A stretch of DNA of 64,000 nt from Chlorokybus atmophyticus (GCA_009103225.1 RHPI01001202.1:505901-569900); one strand, 5' to 3'; shown: positions 13,259-32,168, counted from the stretch's first letter. Program-made: numbers and translations. Notes: generated by a model from the sequence alone, not told the origin.

Positions 13259-13492
13259 GCCGCCGCACACCTTGTTCCAACCTAACCGCCCTAACAATTA
13301 TTCCTGCCGTTAAGCTGACGGCCTTGTGTGCACTAAATCCGACGGATGGTTGTTGTCCAAACGCATCGGATGGCCTTGCATAGGCCAGATTGACACCGAA
13401 ACCTATTTGCCTTAACGGCCTAATTAGTCCGAAGCCCTACACCTACCAACTTGTGTGTGGCATACGCCAGGGTGTGGGCGACGTGAGCGGCG

Positions 13493-15035
<1,543 letters not shown>

Positions 15036-15363
15036 ACAAGATTGATGTCTGGACCCGCCATGAAGTGTTAGTTGCTGGCAGGTGAATTACTTGTCTGCTC
15101 ACTACTGTAGGTGTATATTGACAGGGTTTATATTCCTGAAAGTCCCATTGATTGTTGCTTTGTGATGCTGCTGCACTGGCTACGCATGACACGCGTGTAA
15201 GTTGCACACATTTGGCTCGTGTGGCTGGTTGGTCCGATCAAACACGTCAACACATACAGTCAATGTTTAGCAGCACAGCCTCTGCTGGTGCTGGTCTACT
15301 GGGACAGTGCGTACAGGGAAGTGCGCATCATGTATGAGGAGAAAATTAAATTGGCCTCCTGGA

Positions 15364-15544
15364 TTATTGCTTTGTCCAGCTATTGCCACTAGCCTGACGC
15401 GCACTAGTTAACCAAATGTTAACCTGTGTACATGCCTGAAGCGGCATACAAGTTATTGCTTTGTCCAGTTATTGCCAATAGCCTGTTGCGCACTAGTTGA
15501 CCAACTATTAGCCTGTGTATGTGCCTGAAGTGGCATACAAGTTA
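15364..15544. repeat. Two-copy 89-bp tandem repeat downstream of NDUFS8
   Basis: TTATTGCTTTGTCCAG...GGCATACAAG starts at 15364 and 15453, with several substitutions between copies. Confidence 0.85.
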
Positions 15545-17466
15545 CTCGTTGTTGAGGGCATAGTGAGCCACTATGCATGGAAATGCATCAAAAAAATGGA
15601 GTGGCCTTGTGCAAAACCTTGTGGGTTGCAGCTAGCAGCACTGCCATAAAGATTATTTGTAACAATGCGAAGATTGATAATCTTTACACATTCACCTATT
15701 ATGTAAATGATTCGTTTTGTCGTAGGCCTACAATAAAAACACGCAAGGTTGAGCTTGCCATCACTTCACAACATCACAAGGTAATGGTGATGCAAATGCA
15801 ATGTGTGTGCAATCGACAGGCTGGGCGAAGCTGGGAGCATGTTCTGCTATGGTATGGTATGCAACACACATGGTGAGCACGGTAGCGGGAGATGATGCAG
15901 CATGGGCGCTGCTACAGAGGGTGGTGGGGGAGGCAGAGCAATAGGGAGAAGTCGTCCTTTCTGTTACCATGCTTGCCATTGCCAATACCGACCAACACAG
16001 GCCCATGTGGGCCTGGGTTGGTCGATGTTGGCGATGGCATATCGGCAAGTAAATACAAACAAATAGGTGTGCATGCATATCTGACGGGGTAGGCAAGATA
16101 GTAGCAGTGTGTACATTAGTATTATGCATCTTAATGAAGAAGGCAGTGTACATAAACCCGGTGGTTGTACCTTGGCAATGTGTTGACGTGTTGGGCGTGT
16201 TGAGCGTATTCGCTGTTGCATGCGTCTGTCACACCCATGCATGCAATAGCATGGGCAGGATAGTGGCATACTCCTTTTGTACACACAATTGCACAGTGCA
16301 TCGTTTGTACATGCCAGCATCCATGGTGAACCATTTATTAAATCTCACTAGTGCATCTGATGCTGACGCGATGTTGATATATTAATAATTTGTTACATTG
16401 ACGATTTAAGTATAGCATAGGGTACAATAAAGGGATTAAAGTACGAAAACGCAATTGATGAACAACCTACAATTTAAAGTCCACATCAGCACCCCACAAG
16501 CAACCACCGCAAAGCTAGCTTACACTCTAAGGGCTGAAGCTATGTGCGTTGAAGAAGGCAGGCAAAACAGCAGGCGTGGCTTTTAAGATAGACATGTCAA
16601 ACTACCTGCAGAATGGCAGAGCATGCATGTGCATACATTATTTCATGTGTCATGTTATTATTATTGTGATATCATTTTGCAATTAACGATACTAAGTTTA
16701 GCAATGACTCTAAAATACAAGAACACTATTGAAGTCGTAATAACACAAGCCGCACAATGAAATAAAACCAATAAAATAACAAGTCTTTACGCTATGCGAA
16801 TACCTAAGCTATGATCGTTGTGAGCATATCAGCACATCATCTAATGCCATTTCTTCCTAGCAGAGCTTAAAAGAAGTTGGAAAAGTTAACAACAAGGCGG
16901 AAAAACTTGCTCTCCGATGTTTCATGTTTTTAGGGAGCTTTATTCATGGAGAACAGCCATGAATGAAATTGTGAACAGAGGCACGGATAGCATCATGTTG
17001 CTACGGTGAATCACGTGAGTGCGCACCCAATCACCGTCGACAGATTCTGCCCAACCGGCAGGCTACGCGGTATTAAGGTCTTACGTTAAGGTTGTTCTAC
17101 CTTAACTGTGAACAAGGCTTCAGCCAGCATCCACTGATCAACTGATTGATGAACGACCTCAAGTTGATTGAATCAGTGCAGTAATGTAAAGGCAATCTGG
17201 AACGGGTGAACTGAGTCTCTGGCCTGGTCAAGTTCCGGCGTGTCGCGCACTGTGCTGCCCGGTGCAAACCTGCGGCAGGGCGACGTGTTGCTCGGCGCTT
17301 TTTGTGTGGGCGAGCTGCTGCTGCCAGCAGCGGCGGCGGTGTGGTTGTTGTAGGTGGCGGTGGTGGCGTCGTCAAGGGTAACAGTTTTGTTTGGTGAGGT
17401 GCAGCTGAGCAGCGTGTAAGGTGCTCGCCTCTTATTCCGCATGCCTTCTTCGTGACAGCGCCTGCC

Positions 17467-17864
17467 ATGGCGGCGGCGATGGTGGGCGAGCTGCTGTCAT
17501 GCGGCGGCAGCGGCAGCAGCAGCCACCAGATGGCAGCAGCTGCAGCCTCGACGCCGTCTCACGTCTTCAACCACGGACCATCCGCGTCACTGAGACCCCC
17601 GAGAAAAGTGCGTGCATGGTGACCACGCGTTGACTGGACACTGCAGCTGGTGCTTGCTGTTACGCACCGTGAAGCAGTGCTTATGCTTGCTGTACGTTCA
17701 GCTTAATCGCATGTTCATGCTTCACTTAGAACCCTGGCGAATCAGCACATGACTATGTGTCAAGCAGCACAACCACAACATGCAGCAGCTCACTCTGGTC
17801 AGTTTTGTTCTGTTCTGTTAGCTTGAAGAGCACTGCAGCTGGTGAGACGATACCAGTGGGTAAA

Positions 17865-17898
<34 letters not shown>

Positions 17899-20800
17899 AC
17901 GCCTGGAGTTGTTCGCAGCGGTTGTCATCAGCTTGTCGACTGGTTCACCATCTTGCAAGCCATCTGTACCCAGTTGTAAACCTTTCACGAAGAGCAAGCT
18001 GTCGGCAGTGTTGCGCTTGCAGTTGTGCATGCGTTTGCGGCTTGTGGCTGATTGCACTAACGTCAGTATTTAGCAACGTCAATAGCGCGTGGAGCTAGAA
18101 CCAAACGGAGTTGAGAAGTGTTGAATGCTGTGAAGGACGATCCAGCCTGTTATGTCACCTACACTGACAAGCCATGCATGAGGCTCCAAGCAAGTTACGA
18201 TTGTTATTGCTCAGCTGCTGTCTGTCAGACACTCAACGTTGAGGTGGCACCAAAGTGTGTGAGAAGTATGCGCTTCCCGTCCGTATGAACGTAGCGTGGT
18301 TGCAATGGCAATTGAGCTACGTGGTGGTTGTTGAACAAGAGGGCACACTCGCATGCTTGACATAAGTTGATTCTGAAACCTACATGGCATGCTCGCAGTC
18401 ACATGCCTTGAATGCGGTCAGTTGTCCAACGACATGAATTAGCTTATAAAGCCATGCGCTCAAGCATGCTGGCCACAGCTTGGTTGACCATCAATGGTGC
18501 GACATGCTTGTGAGAGCAGTGATCGCATTGCATAAAGTGTAGGCTGACTGAATTTCACCTGTAAAAAGTTAGCATTCACCCTAACTGCTAACTGCTGGCC
18601 AATGCAGGCTGTCCGGCGAGCTGTGCGGTCGCTTGCACACTATGCGGCATCTAGGTCGCTGTGCAACTGCGATGAACTCAGGCTGTCTGAGCAGAGCAGT
18701 CGCAAGAAGGCTGCAGTCGCATCCATCAAGAGCGCAGTTGCAGGCAAGTGGAACACATGTGCATGTACACACGTTCCTGTTCATGTGTATGTGGCTTTGT
18801 TGGCCTTTGTCATTGCTTATTGCTCTGACCATTACGCAGAAGCTGCACAGTCCAGATGGCAGCCTTTGGGTAATCTCGCTGCAGCGCTGTTAACAAATGT
18901 TAGCAATGTTTCGAGGCGAGCCGTCATCTCAGGAGCTTTGGCAACCATCACCGCTGCGTCTATCGCAACCAGCGCCGTGTACCCGCCTCCAGCAGGTTTG
19001 ATAGTATTATTGTGTAACATGTGCGGCAATGTGGGGTTGCACCACGAACATGGGGTTGTTGTGCGCAGGCGCACTATCAGAAGAGAATCTTCTGTTTCTG
19101 GAGGCCTGGCGCACGGTGGACCGCGCTTACATTGACAAAACTTTCAACGGGCAGAGCTGGTTTAAGTACCGTGAAGAGGTTTTGAAAAACAGCCCCATGA
19201 ACACTCGACAAGAGACATGTGAGCAGCAGCAGTTGCCATACTTTCTGTTGTGCACAAGTCGTCTCTCAGTGGAGAAGTGTAGTGGTATTTATACGTTGAG
19301 ATATCAACACTGCGCTGCTGCCTGCAGATGCTGCTATACGTACCATGCTTTCCACCCTTGACGACCCCTTCACCCGGTTTCTTGAACCAGAAAAATACCG
19401 CAGCTTAAAGGTGTGTTTGTTCAACCACAAGTGTTACCCATGTGCGAAGTGCGCAAGGTTGCTGTACTTTGTCACATGCGTGGCTTTGTTGTTATGTGTC
19501 GTGACAGCCATTCAACTGTTGAGCGGCTCATCTCACGCAGTTAGTGGCGTGTTAGTGCACCAATACGCCATCAACATACCAGCAGCTGCTGGTATGTTGA
19601 TGGCGTATTGGTGCACTAACAATCTCTGTGTGTCTCTGACTGTTGCGAACTTGTCTTTTGTTGTTGGCTTTGCTCAGTCTGGCACGTCTGGCGCGGTCAC
19701 GGGCGTGGGTCTGGAGGTTGGGTTCAACGGGGGGCGGGCTGGGGAGTTGACGGTGGTGGCGCCCGTGGTGGGCGGGCCGGCAGACAGGGCTGGCATCGCC
19801 CCGGGAGACGCGATACTCAACATTGATGGCGTGGATACAACGGGGATGGGGCTGTATGATGCCGCCCAGCGCCTGCAGTATGTTGGCCATGCAGGAGCAC
19901 AACATACTGGAACTCTGTGTGGGTTGTGATGTTGTGTGCATGCGCAGAGGTCCTGTGGACACGCAAGTCATGCTGAAGATACGCAAGAATGGAACACATT
20001 CGGAGTTGGAATTGGCGCTGACGTAAGTTGGTTCTGAACCATATGCATTGCCTGTTGCATGGGGTATGGCTGCTATGCACTTTTGCTGTTGCTTGCAGCT
20101 ACACACAATTTGGACACACTTGGGTGTGATGCAGGCGCGAAAACATCAGTTTGAATCCTGTAACATCAAAGATTTGCACACCAGTGGGTGGACTGGAGAA
20201 GCGCGTGGGCTACATTCGGCTTTCAACGTTCAACAACAACTCTGCGGGTATTATGCGCAAAGGCAGTTGTTATAGTGGCAGCTTTGGGTATGCATATTGT
20301 CCTTATGAGTTTCCAACATGAGCAGCTGCGGTGAGAAAAGCAATTGAGTTGTTGAAAGAAGGCGGTGCGGAGTCGTACATCTTGGACATCAGGAACAACA
20401 GGTTTGTGCAGTAGTATTATGTGATACGGGCCACTGATTGGTGTGATGCTGGCATGGATGAATGTTTGAAACCAACAGTACGATGCCTCATCATTCATTA
20501 GTACCTTGACAGTACTAGTATTCAGTTCACGGCCATTATATTATCTGAATTGATTTCAGCTTGTCTGCCCTTGTTTTATCTAAGGCAGTCAGTCTGTTGC
20601 TATGACATTGACAGTAGTACTGGTGGCATCGCCAATGTTGTTGCAGCATTTGCGTCATGTCGGTCACTAAACAGGACTGTCGATGCAGTGGCGGTCTGTT
20701 CCCTGCTGGTGTTGAGATAGCGCGCATGTGGTAAGCAAGCCTGCATGTGTTGGTGAGCTGCTTTCTTGTCAGGTCACAATTCGAGATTGTGTTGTTAACA

Positions 20801-21574
20801 GCAGCCATGTTAATTTACAGGCTAGATGTAGGTGACATTGTCTTCATTGCTGACAACATGGGGATCAGAGATTCCTACCAAGCTGACGGCACAGCTATTG
20901 CTACCAAGGAACCTCTTGCAGTGCTGGTATGTTGTTTTGGAGATTGGGATGCCTGCCCATGCGTATCTGTGTGTGCGAGCGCAAGCCTGCTTATGCACTG
21001 CCTTACCTCAGCGCCATTTTCGCCATGCACAGGTGAACAAAGGCACCGCAAGCGCCAGTGAGATCCTGGCCGGCGCTCTGAAAGACAACAAAAGAGCAGT
21101 CATCTTGGGAGACAAAACCTTTGGCAAAGGGTACGGTAGAATGCTGATGCCTACATTGAAGACATGAAAGCCTCTGCTGTCATGTGTCATATGACATGTG
21201 CGCACCTGGTTGTAACGATTACCATGTTTAGGTTAATACAGTCGGTGTTTGAGCTATCCGACGGCTCCGGACTGGCTGTGACGGTGGCGAGATACGAAAC
21301 CCCAGCGCACATCAACATCAACAAGGTGCAGCACGTTGTGCGCAGCAGGTTGTTGTTTGCCGCTAGTGTGCGCCATGCACGCAGCTGACGCATGCGCTTT
21401 GCTCTACAGGTGGGTGTTGCTCCAGATGCGCCGCTGCCTGGAAGCTATCCAATGACGGGCCCGACAGACTTCTGCGAAGCCATGCGCACCGACCTCGGCA
21501 AGCAACTCTTAGCTGACCTGAAGTCTCCCGAAGATGTGCCTGCGCTGGTGCTGGCCAAAACAGTGATGGAATAA
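17467..21574 (+). CDS. ctpA: Photosystem II D1 C-terminal processing peptidase (S41, lumenal CtpA), multi-exon
   Basis: [34 protein letters not shown]; [15 protein letters not shown]; PDZ (VTGVGLEVG...[16 protein letters not shown]); GGLFPAG; [33 protein letters not shown]; [24 protein letters not shown]. The first exon ([10 protein letters not shown]...) is less certain. Confidence 0.92.
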
Positions 21575-23224
21575 CCTGCTGAGGAAGTTCTCTTGCAAGA
21601 GAAAAGTTTGCTGCAGTCGTATAGTTGTACTTGTTACTAACAATCCATCTTTGCACACAGGCTGTAACATGTGCACTCACTAGGCACTTCATTAGGCAGG
21701 TAGGATCGCATCACATGGTGCTAGATGTTGTACCCCTATTAGGTCGATCGGCAGTGTAAATGATTCTGCCCTAGCCCAGACATGTGTGCATGGCTTCATG
21801 CAGTCGCGATCTCCAGTACAGATCAAGCACTGTGCCATGCATCACCAAATCCAGTTGGTGAAGGAGCCATCTTGCACACGTGGCAGTTTGGCGTGGAGTG
21901 AAGCAAGCACCCAATGTACAGCGGTCCTAGAGTCCTAGAACGTTCTTTGGACCCCTCAGCACCCCATGTGCGGTGCTGAGGGGTCCAGCGCATGGTTGTT
22001 GCCTTTGCCATTGCTGCTGGTGACTGCCACTGCCGAACAGTCATTTGGCCGCCACTGTTCACTCAACTGACTGACCCCGCTACTATTGCTGTTACTGTGC
22101 GCGCGTATGCTATGCATTGCATTAGCACGAAATCAAGGCATTATTTTTTCACATATACATATGATGGCGGCGCCATAACCGCAGTTGCAGCGCAGAAGTT
22201 GGACGGGGGCCAAGGCGTCGGTCTTGGTGTGTATGTCGCTGCTGTTGAAGTCCGGGCCTGACCTCTTCCCGCTCTCTCCTGCGCTCTTCAGGGTACATCC
22301 CCTTGTTGTTGGTTGCCCATGCTCTCTCCTGCTGCTGCTTGAGGGTTGTTCTAGCGGTCCTAGCTGTCCTAGTGGTTGTAGCAGTCTTGGTTGGTGATAG
22401 CTAAGTGAATTCTGCCTTGGCCCCCATGCAAATTGAGTGCTCTGCTGTTGGTTGCCGTTTACACACTCCTTGCTTGCTTACTGTGGCGCCAAGGAACTCT
22501 GGAGGTTGCTGAAACGCAGCTCTACTGTCGGTTATGTGTGTAGATGTGTTTCAGAGTGTACAAAAGATGCAAGAGGGAGTTCTACACAAGGTTAAGCAAG
22601 CAAGAACTGCAACTGCGGCAGCTTTGGTTGAGACAACACAATAAACAGGTATAGGATTTCAGGTTCAACCTTTGTACATATAGAACTCATTGCCTTGCAA
22701 AGCACATACAGCAGTGTACAAGAGGGAAATGTTTTGACTTTCTTGTGTATTCGTGTGATCGATGTGAGTGGAGTTGTATTACAAGAGATGCAAGAGGGAA
22801 ATGTACAAGACATGATGCAAGGCCCCAAAGTGACACTCACGAGTGCAAATACGTGCATATCTCTTGATCTCAGTGTGACGTGCACTGCACAAACTTTTAC
22901 TCGATTTTACATATGCGCCAGCACATGGCATCCCAAACAGGCTAACTGGATGCCATCTCAGATCATCAGAGCAGGCAGATGTTTCGCTCACAGTGCAAAG
23001 TGGTAAAACCGCCACACGTTACATGTTACATTTGTGAGTAGCGAGTTGGTTACAGTCAAGACCATGGGTGGCAACCTTGCAAGCTCCAAGTACTGCAATG
23101 GCGCGTGTATCAGGCTAGACATATGCACATACCAATCTATGACTGCTGCATCCAAGGGCAATGCTAAGACCTAACAAAACTACGTATACACACAAGCTGA
23201 CGGCTGAATCAGTCAAAGCCTGTG

Positions 23225-26949
<3,725 letters not shown>

Positions 26950-27438
26950 TCCCCAATCTGACGCTCAAACGCAACACTGCCCCTCTCAAGTCCCCGCTCC
27001 TCCTCTTCCTCCTCCTCCTCCTTCTGCTGCCTGTGATTTCTCGTGCTCCTCTTTCCTGCCCTGTTTGGGTTCCCAACACCTGCTGCGTCTCACAGGGCGT
27101 AGCTGACTGCTAGTAATACTACTGCTGGTAAGACCCTCACAGCACCACAGCGCAGCGAAGGCAACAGAGAGCGCTTCACCCCGGCGCAGGCGGCGGCGGC
27201 GACCACAGTGAGGTGAGCACTTACGTTTCTGACCGTCGACGTGTTGCAAGCATTTAATTGTTAGGGCTTTTCCCGCAAAGTACCAATGGCAGTATAGTCT
27301 AACCTCGCTAAGTGCATATCCGCCTTTAGTGCATAAATCTGGCCGTCACCGACGTCTTCAGGGCTAACACCTGTGCTTTGAGAGCGCATGCTTTCATCGG
27401 AGTGCAGTTGATGAGATGCCTAACCTTTGATGTGTCTA

Positions 27439-27707
27439 TGCACTTATCAAGGTAGATTACACTTAAATTACAGATATACCATACAATCTGCGTACCGGTA
27501 TATATGAAGTACGGTTTTAAACATAACCACGTGTCTCAAGATTAGGGTTCTTCAATAAGTGCTTAAAATATGCACGTAAGCCAAGCCCAAGTGCATAATA
27601 TATGCACTTAAATGGTGCACAATCCATGCACTTTACGAGTGTGCGAAAACGCATAAGCATAAGCGCATACACATGCCCGTTTTTTAAAGGTCTGCACTTA
27701 TCAAGGT
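27439..27707. repeat. AT-rich block bounded by 15-bp direct repeats, with an internal palindrome, upstream of FTSH4
   Basis: TGCACTTATCAAGGT at 27439-27453 and 27693-27707; internal AAGTGCATA-ATA-TATGCACTT inverted repeat at ~27589-27609; many AGTGCA/TGCACT motifs. Confidence 0.6.
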
Positions 27708-28167
27708 TGGACTGCAGCTAAGCCGTAGCTAACCAATACGAAGCTTGTGACTAGAATAGACTCATTGAACAATGGTATTAAATTTGCAATATTGCTGATT
27801 GTAACATTTACATGCCGGCTGCCATGCATGCAGCCCATCGATACATGTGTGTTCAGCTGTGTGTCGTCATTGTCGTCGTCGTCAATTAACGCCGCCCATG
27901 CTGCCGCTGCTTGCACTTACTTTGCATTGGGCCTCTAGCGAGCCGTCTGGTGCATATGGTGCTGTACTTTATTGTCGTTTTGTTGGCTTGGTTTTGGTGT
28001 GCAAATGCTTCCATCAGGTTCGCATGTGTGGCACAGCCTATTAGTTAAATGCACTTCTCATGATAACCTCTACCTCCCTCCCTTCTGATTGCAACCTTTA
28101 TTTCTGCTTTTATTCGTGCTTCTGGAGGCCCTAACTAGTAATTAGGCAAAGTCCATTTCTCACGGTG

Positions 28168-28393
28168 TACTGCTGTATTTCGTCAAAATACAGCCCCCTT
28201 TTACGACACCCCGTATTCATTTTCCGGGGGGGAAGGGGAGGGCGGGGCCCGGTGCAAACCTGCGGCAGGGCGACGTGTTGCTCGGCGCTTTTNNNNNNNN
28301 NNNNNNNNNNNNNNNNNNNNNNNNNNNNNNNNNNNNGGGGGGGGGGGGGGGGCTTTGTTTGTAAGGGGGGTTTATATTTGACGAAATATGGTA
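28168..28393. mobile_element. Probable MITE (Tc1/mariner-pogo-like termini) spanning an N gap
   Basis: Left end TACTGCTGTATTTCGTCAAAATACAGCCCCC matches the reverse complement of the right end, TACCATATTTCGTCAAATATAAACCCCCC (shared core TATTTCGTCAAA). TA at both ends; no coding sequence. Confidence 0.55.
28293..28336. other. Assembly gap (N run)
   Basis: 44 N followed by a G run. Confidence 0.99.
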
Positions 28394-29675
28394 CATCTTG
28401 CCTGCCTGCCTACTCGTCTACTCCACTTGCATGCACATACGAATTAACACCCTAGGTTTGTTGGACTTATGGTTTGCTGCTAATTGCTTGCTCCACGTGC
28501 TAGCTTGCTGTGATGTGTACTTTGTGTATGTGCTTTATGTTTTTTTTTTATCATAGTGCTTGACATGACAGTACATCACAGTGGACAAAATTGTGGGCAC
28601 TGGCCAGCCTGCATTTACCGGCGGGATTTCATTTGACATAAGTGTATAAAAGATGGTACCCTAGATTAATAGCATGCAAAGTGTCACACACATGCCATGT
28701 CATGCATAGTGGCAAACGCATGCCACACGCAAGTTCATCACGCACACTTCATACTATTAGCTCACCACCGGGCTGTCTACAACACTCCCTAACACGCTAT
28801 CCAGCTACCCCGTGTCATAGCAGCATGCATGTCAGCCAATCACCTGCACGTGGCGCAGATGTACATAAATCTCCCAAACTATTCTAGACATGCAATGTGT
28901 ACAGAAGATGCGAAAGGCAGAGATGAGTACATGCCAACCTACGTGCACATGCAACGCTACCAACATTACAGCCACTCACCAACTTGACCACCGGACTGAG
29001 GCATGCGCCTGCTATCTGTCAACTACTACTAGACCAAATCCCTACTGCCCCCCTGTTAGACATGCATGCACACAGCAATGGTAGTCACCTGCGCATGCGC
29101 CTTGGTTAGCGGTCTTGTGCAGCAGCGGACACAACAGCAGCCACAGGTAGACGTGGACCCCCCCTCCCTATCTCCCTCACCCACACCCTCGCCGCCCTCC
29201 TTCCCTGTCGTCTTTGCCGTTGGCAATCACGATTTGGGTTACATACCACGGCGTGCAATGGCATGCGTCAACTCCCTGTGTGTTGACACGTTGTCGCTGT
29301 GTATAATATAGTATGCAAGGATTGTGTAAAAGTTGAATTACTTGCGTCACACATACCATTGTCTGCCACCCATTGCACTTGTTTTGTTCGCACTTGCAAG
29401 AAGCACTCGCAACTAATATGGTGGGAACTTGCATGCAGAGTGTGGGCTGCAGCCAAGCGCTGCGAAAGGGTGTTACAGGCAATCCATGAATTACCTAGTC
29501 AGCAAGCCATGAAACTTCAGCCGGCACAGTTGGTTGACAAGGGATAAACGCAACAGCATCGATAAGACTGTCATGCACGCGTGAGTTTGTGTGCAATTGA
29601 TGTGCTGCAGTTCCAGTCACAGAGCACAAACAGCTGCGAAAGCACAACAACAGGTGACCAATTAGTCTGCTGCCG

Positions 29676-31863
29676 CTACAAAGTGCCAAATGCGCGGTCA
29701 CCAGCATCTCCTAAGCCAGGAACAATGTACCTGGACATCAATTTACTAAGCGAACGCAAGTAAGCATGCATTCAACATATGTCATATGGAAGCTACTTGT
29801 GAAAACTTACCCTTTGTCATTCAGCTTTTCATCTATGCAGCCGGTAAAGATTTTTAACCTGCGTGTGGATTGGAACATCATATGCAGCTGCAACTGCGCG
29901 TGATATCCAACAAAACAAGCTATAGACGAAGCAGCTTCAGCCAGAATCAGGCCTGCACACTCACCCTGGGAACAGCTCACTCATGCGGCTTAAAGCAGGA
30001 GTTGCGCACACTGCTGTCACCTGTCGCATCCCCGTATCGACATGAAAATGCCAGAGTCTTAAACAAATGCCATGCATACATGCCAGCAATGTCGTACCAC
30101 TCGAATGTTGGACACGGAGGCACCTCGCCTGACAATCTCGTTAAGGGTTGCGACCATTGTGCCTCCTGAATGTTGTTGTGCAATGCAGGTTATGCTTTGT
30201 CGACAAGACACACATAATACACATTATCACCACAACGCGTATGTACCTGTTGCGAGCATGGGATCGCAAACAAGGATCTTCTGACTGCTCCCAAAAGACT
30301 TTGGCAGCCTGTCGAAGGCTATGTTGTAAGGCCAAACTCGGTGAGTTGCCATGCGAGACTGACTACTTGTGCTTACTTGTCCAAGTACATGCTGGGCTGC
30401 AGAGTTTCCTCATTGCGCACAAACCCTGTTCATGACAAATTGAGCTCAGCACAGGGGTAGTAGGCCTGCTTGTTGACACCAATGAAGGTACATCTATGTA
30501 ACACTCACCAACATGATAAGTTGCAGATGCTGGCAGCAGCGTGGACGCCTGCTCCAGCAATATGATACCTGCCCTTAAAATTGGCACCACCTGCAAACGC
30601 CAAACCAATTGAGGGGAGCCGGACTGCATACACGACCATGCATAGAGAGTGTGGGCCTATGCATCAGAAGAGAAAGAGCTCAAAACTTGATACTTGCCAC
30701 GATAGGATCCTCAGGATTGACTGTAGAAACATTAGCAATGCCGCAAGGTGTCTCCACCTGACCTTCAATCATGCCCTGTGTGATGCAGGAGTCAAGCAAC
30801 CACACGACTGCGTGGGAAACCACAGCTGGATATCACGCAGAATCAACAAACAGCAACTCCAGTACCAGCCAGTCTCGTGTTGCCTCGTACACAAGTAATC
30901 TGCCGAGCTCTGACAGTGCATTCCCTACATACAACGCAGCCATTACTCCTTTTGCTGGCTCAGATTAATCCACCGAAGCATTTGTGTTGTTCTATGGCAA
31001 GGCATGGCACCCATGCCGGGTGTTATGAAACGTGCAAACAACCTGTAAGGACAGGCATCACAACTGTCTCCGCTGACTGGTTGTACCAAGCCTAATTTCA
31101 GCCAATGAATAGCGGGATTGCATTGCAAGATCCAAGCAACTACACGACACGTCAAGTGCTGTAACACAGTTGCTCAGTTGACAAAACTGGCGCTACTCAC
31201 TTACTGAACATTGGAGGAGGCGCATACTTGTTCCTGATCACCGCTAGCCAGTGCTGGATCAGCGGGTGAGGCGGTACGTATATCTGCCACCATGTCGGTT
31301 AAAATTCGAACACAGCTGCCAAGCTTAACGGCTGTTACAAGGATTTCGTACTATTGCGTTTGTGGGTATGACAACTAGCAACCATACGCTGAACGTCGTA
31401 AACGTCGTTTACTGATGGCCAGGCCACAAAAGTGAAGTTGCTACAAAAAACAGTGCAGTCACTCTTGCAGTTGTGTAAATCAACGAGTACTACACATCAG
31501 CACACGCTCACTTCCAGACTCAACAACCAACCTATTATCCCAATTGACCATTTTCGCTCTCTTACTCACGAGCATTTGAGACGTCTTGGGCGCTGCCGCA
31601 GCCGAGGCTCGGCATGTCTGTGGCACGGGAGCAGCTCGGCTGGTGGAAGGCGGGGCAGCTTTCGCATGGTGGCGGCGGAGGCGAGGCGGCAGTGCAGGAC
31701 GCAAGGAAGCACAAGCAGCTTGTCCCAGTCCAGCGAGCGGACGTGGCCTGCTGATGTTCATGCGCGCATCAGCAGGAAGCACAGCTGGCGATAGCTTATC
31801 CTCAAGCAGCCGTGCATGGCGCACTGCATGACCAGCGCACGCCGCCGCCGCCGCTGCCGCCAT
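29676..31863 (-). CDS. UPP: Plastid uracil phosphoribosyltransferase, multi-exon, with transit peptide
   Basis: Spliced: ML|IYVPPHPLIQHWLAVIRNK; ALSELGRLLVYEATRDWL; VVPILRAG; GFVRNEETLQPSMYLDKLP; PRPP-binding ILVCDPMLATGGT; LKIFTGCIDEKLNDKG|YIVPGLGDAGDRAFGTL*. Confidence 0.95.
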
Positions 31864-32159
31864 CAGCGTTGTTTATTGCGGTGTTTAAGCAGCACTCTGC
31901 CGTTATGGCTATCTCTGCAATATAGAACTTGTCGCTCGTTTAAGCAGGCCGAGGCTTTGCTGCAGCACGCGCGGGAAACACGCAACTGGCGCCGACTGTC
32001 GGCTAAGGCGCTTTGTTTGTTGACTGCCACAACCACCGCCACCTCTAGCCTACAAGGGCTCCAATCTACGTGGGCAGGCTGAGGGGAGCAGCGGGCTTCA
32101 CCTGCAGCAGAGGAGAGGAGTGTACGCCAGTTGTGTTTGTTTACTCTGAGCGCACGTTG

Positions 32160-32168
32160 TATATATAA
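32160..32168 (-). promoter_or_regulatory. Candidate TATA box for UPP
   Basis: TATATATA about 300 nt upstream of the inferred ATG, at the boundary between the GC-rich leader and AT-richer DNA. Confidence 0.35.

Noticed and set aside
17200-17303. tRNA/SINE-like hairpin ending in a T run
   Set aside because: Only one GNRA hairpin is present; there is no cloverleaf, no good A/B boxes and no similarity to snRNAs or SRP RNA that I could recognise.
22550-22830. Short repeated TACAAGAG(ATGCAAGAG)GGAAATGT motifs between the ctpA and FTSH4 3' ends
   Set aside because: A low-complexity minisatellite-like stretch with no further structure.
29222-29233. GNHD metallophosphoesterase-like motif in ORF 29066-29311
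   Set aside because: It is an isolated motif with none of the other calcineurin-like motifs nearby, and it lies downstream of the UPP stop.
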